A DNA stretch of 64,000 bases from an uncultured bacterium (GTDB lineage: Bacteria; Armatimonadota; Hebobacteria; CAIYQO01). Under the pieces are notes generated by a model that was not told where the DNA came from, made no database searches, and saw nothing but the letters and a program-made list of their open reading frames with translations. The translations under genes and the position numbers were made by a program. The stretch lies in contig CAIYQO010000198.1 of NCBI GenBank assembly GCA_903928345.1, forward strand, positions 4,325-68,324, given 5' to 3'. Below are positions 63,386 through 64,000 of this stretch, piece after piece (the stretch's first letter is position 1; each line of letters opens with the position of its first letter).

Positions 63386-64000
63386 ATGGATCAGCTACCG
63401 TTTCGCCAGATTCACCTCGACTTCCACACGTCGGAGAAGATTCCCGGCGTGGGCCAGGACTGGAGCAAGGCGCACTTCCAGGAGATGCTGCAGCTCGGGC
63501 ATGTCAGCTCCATCACCGTCTTTTCCAAGTGCCATCACGGCTGGGTATATCACCCCACCGCGGTGCCGCTCAGCCAGCAGCACCCGTCGATGACCCCCGG
63601 CTTCGACCTGACCGGGGCGATAGTGGAGGCGGCGCACGAAATCGGCGTGCAGACGCCGGTCTACATCTCAGTGGGGCTGGACGAGAAGCTGGTCAACACC
63701 CACAGCCACTGGCTGCGCCGCAACGGCGACGGCTCGATGGGCTGGGTGAATTGGATGCAGGCGGGCTACCATGAATTCTGCCTGAACTCGCCTTACCTGG
63801 ACTATGTGACGGCCCAGGCGGTGGAGGCCGCGCAGCGCTATCCGCTGACGGAAGGCTTCTTCCTCGACATCGTCGGCGTGCGCGATTGCGCGTGCCAGTT
63901 CTGCGTGTCCGAGCTGCTGCGGCGCGGGCAAGACCCCCGCGATGCCGCCGCCCGCGCGGTGCTGGGTCGCGAGACCTACACCCACTACTGCCGCTCTATC
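63386..64000 (+). CDS. Glycosidase-like TIM-barrel protein with a GH42-type CxCxxC motif; 3' end beyond the window
   Basis: Not in the ORF track because it has no stop in the window. GAGGAGA RBS, then ATG 63386, encoding MDQLPFRQIHLDFHTSEKIPGVG...FSKCHHGWVYHPT...DCACQFCVSELL. The frame is open to base 64000. Confidence 0.6.
   Translation, partial: MDQLPFRQIHLDFHTSEKIPGVGQDWSKAHFQEMLQLGHVSSITVFSKCHHGWVYHPTAVPLSQQHPSMTPGFDLTGAIVEAAHEIGVQTPVYISVGLDEKLVNTHSHWLRRNGDGSMGWVNWMQAGYHEFCLNSPYLDYVTAQAVEAAQRYPLTEGFFLDIVGVRDCACQFCVSELLRRGQDPRDAAARAVLGRETYTHYCRSI

Overview
This is a visibly GC-rich bacterial chromosome segment. I did not compute composition; by eye it is about two-thirds G+C, with lower-GC patches at ~1.4-2.2 kb, 50.7-55.7 kb, 57.9-58.2 kb and 63.0-63.4 kb. 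I support about 51 protein-coding genes. I saw no rRNA, tRNA, CRISPR array, transposase, integrase or phage genes. Many long ORFs in the track are antisense high-GC artefacts or carry spurious N-terminal extensions. Two real genes run off the window ends and are missing from the track (1..1387 on the minus strand, 63386..64000 on the plus strand). Gene content by region: (1) 0-19 kb is a glycan-degradation neighbourhood: tandem SGNH esterase, GH5-like, GH2 beta-mannosidase-like, two pectate-lyase-fold beta-helix proteins, unknown TIM barrels, and a pilin-leader::RCC1 propeller fusion. (2) 19-27 kb holds a nitrilase-superfamily hydrolase, a GNAT, a pilin-leader protein, and a URO-D-like protein + glycyl-radical enzyme + ATP-dependent DNA ligase. 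(3) 27-31 kb is asd-lysC-dapA. (4) 31-50 kb mixes housekeeping genes (acpP-fabF, cimA, pyk) with accessory genes: orphan DNA methyltransferase, AMMECR1, M10 lipoprotein protease, FAD oxidoreductase, SIS protein and more URO-D-like paralogues. (5) 50.7-55.7 kb is a lower-GC island with two tandem paralogous 6-TM proteins, an M48 peptidase and a four-helix-bundle (23S-IVS-protein family) gene. (6) 56-64 kb holds cobA/hemD, hemB, an ABC exporter and lpdA. The pilin-leader/DUF1559-type proteins and the many URO-D-like paralogues suggest a PVC-group or Armatimonadota-like organism; this is inference only. The most unusual aspect is non-coding. Most of the longer intergenic regions carry one of several families of long imperfect hairpins, several built from tandem 7-9 nt units. 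One pair of complementary heptamer arrays encloses the four-helix-bundle gene like an rRNA intervening sequence. Other leads: an orphan glycyl-radical enzyme with no activase in the window; a truncated E2 (lipoyl + E3-binding domains only); an in-frame TAG separating a signal anchor from its repeat protein; and a mini transcription unit with a 30-codon Lys-rich ORF followed by four 40-bp hairpin repeats.
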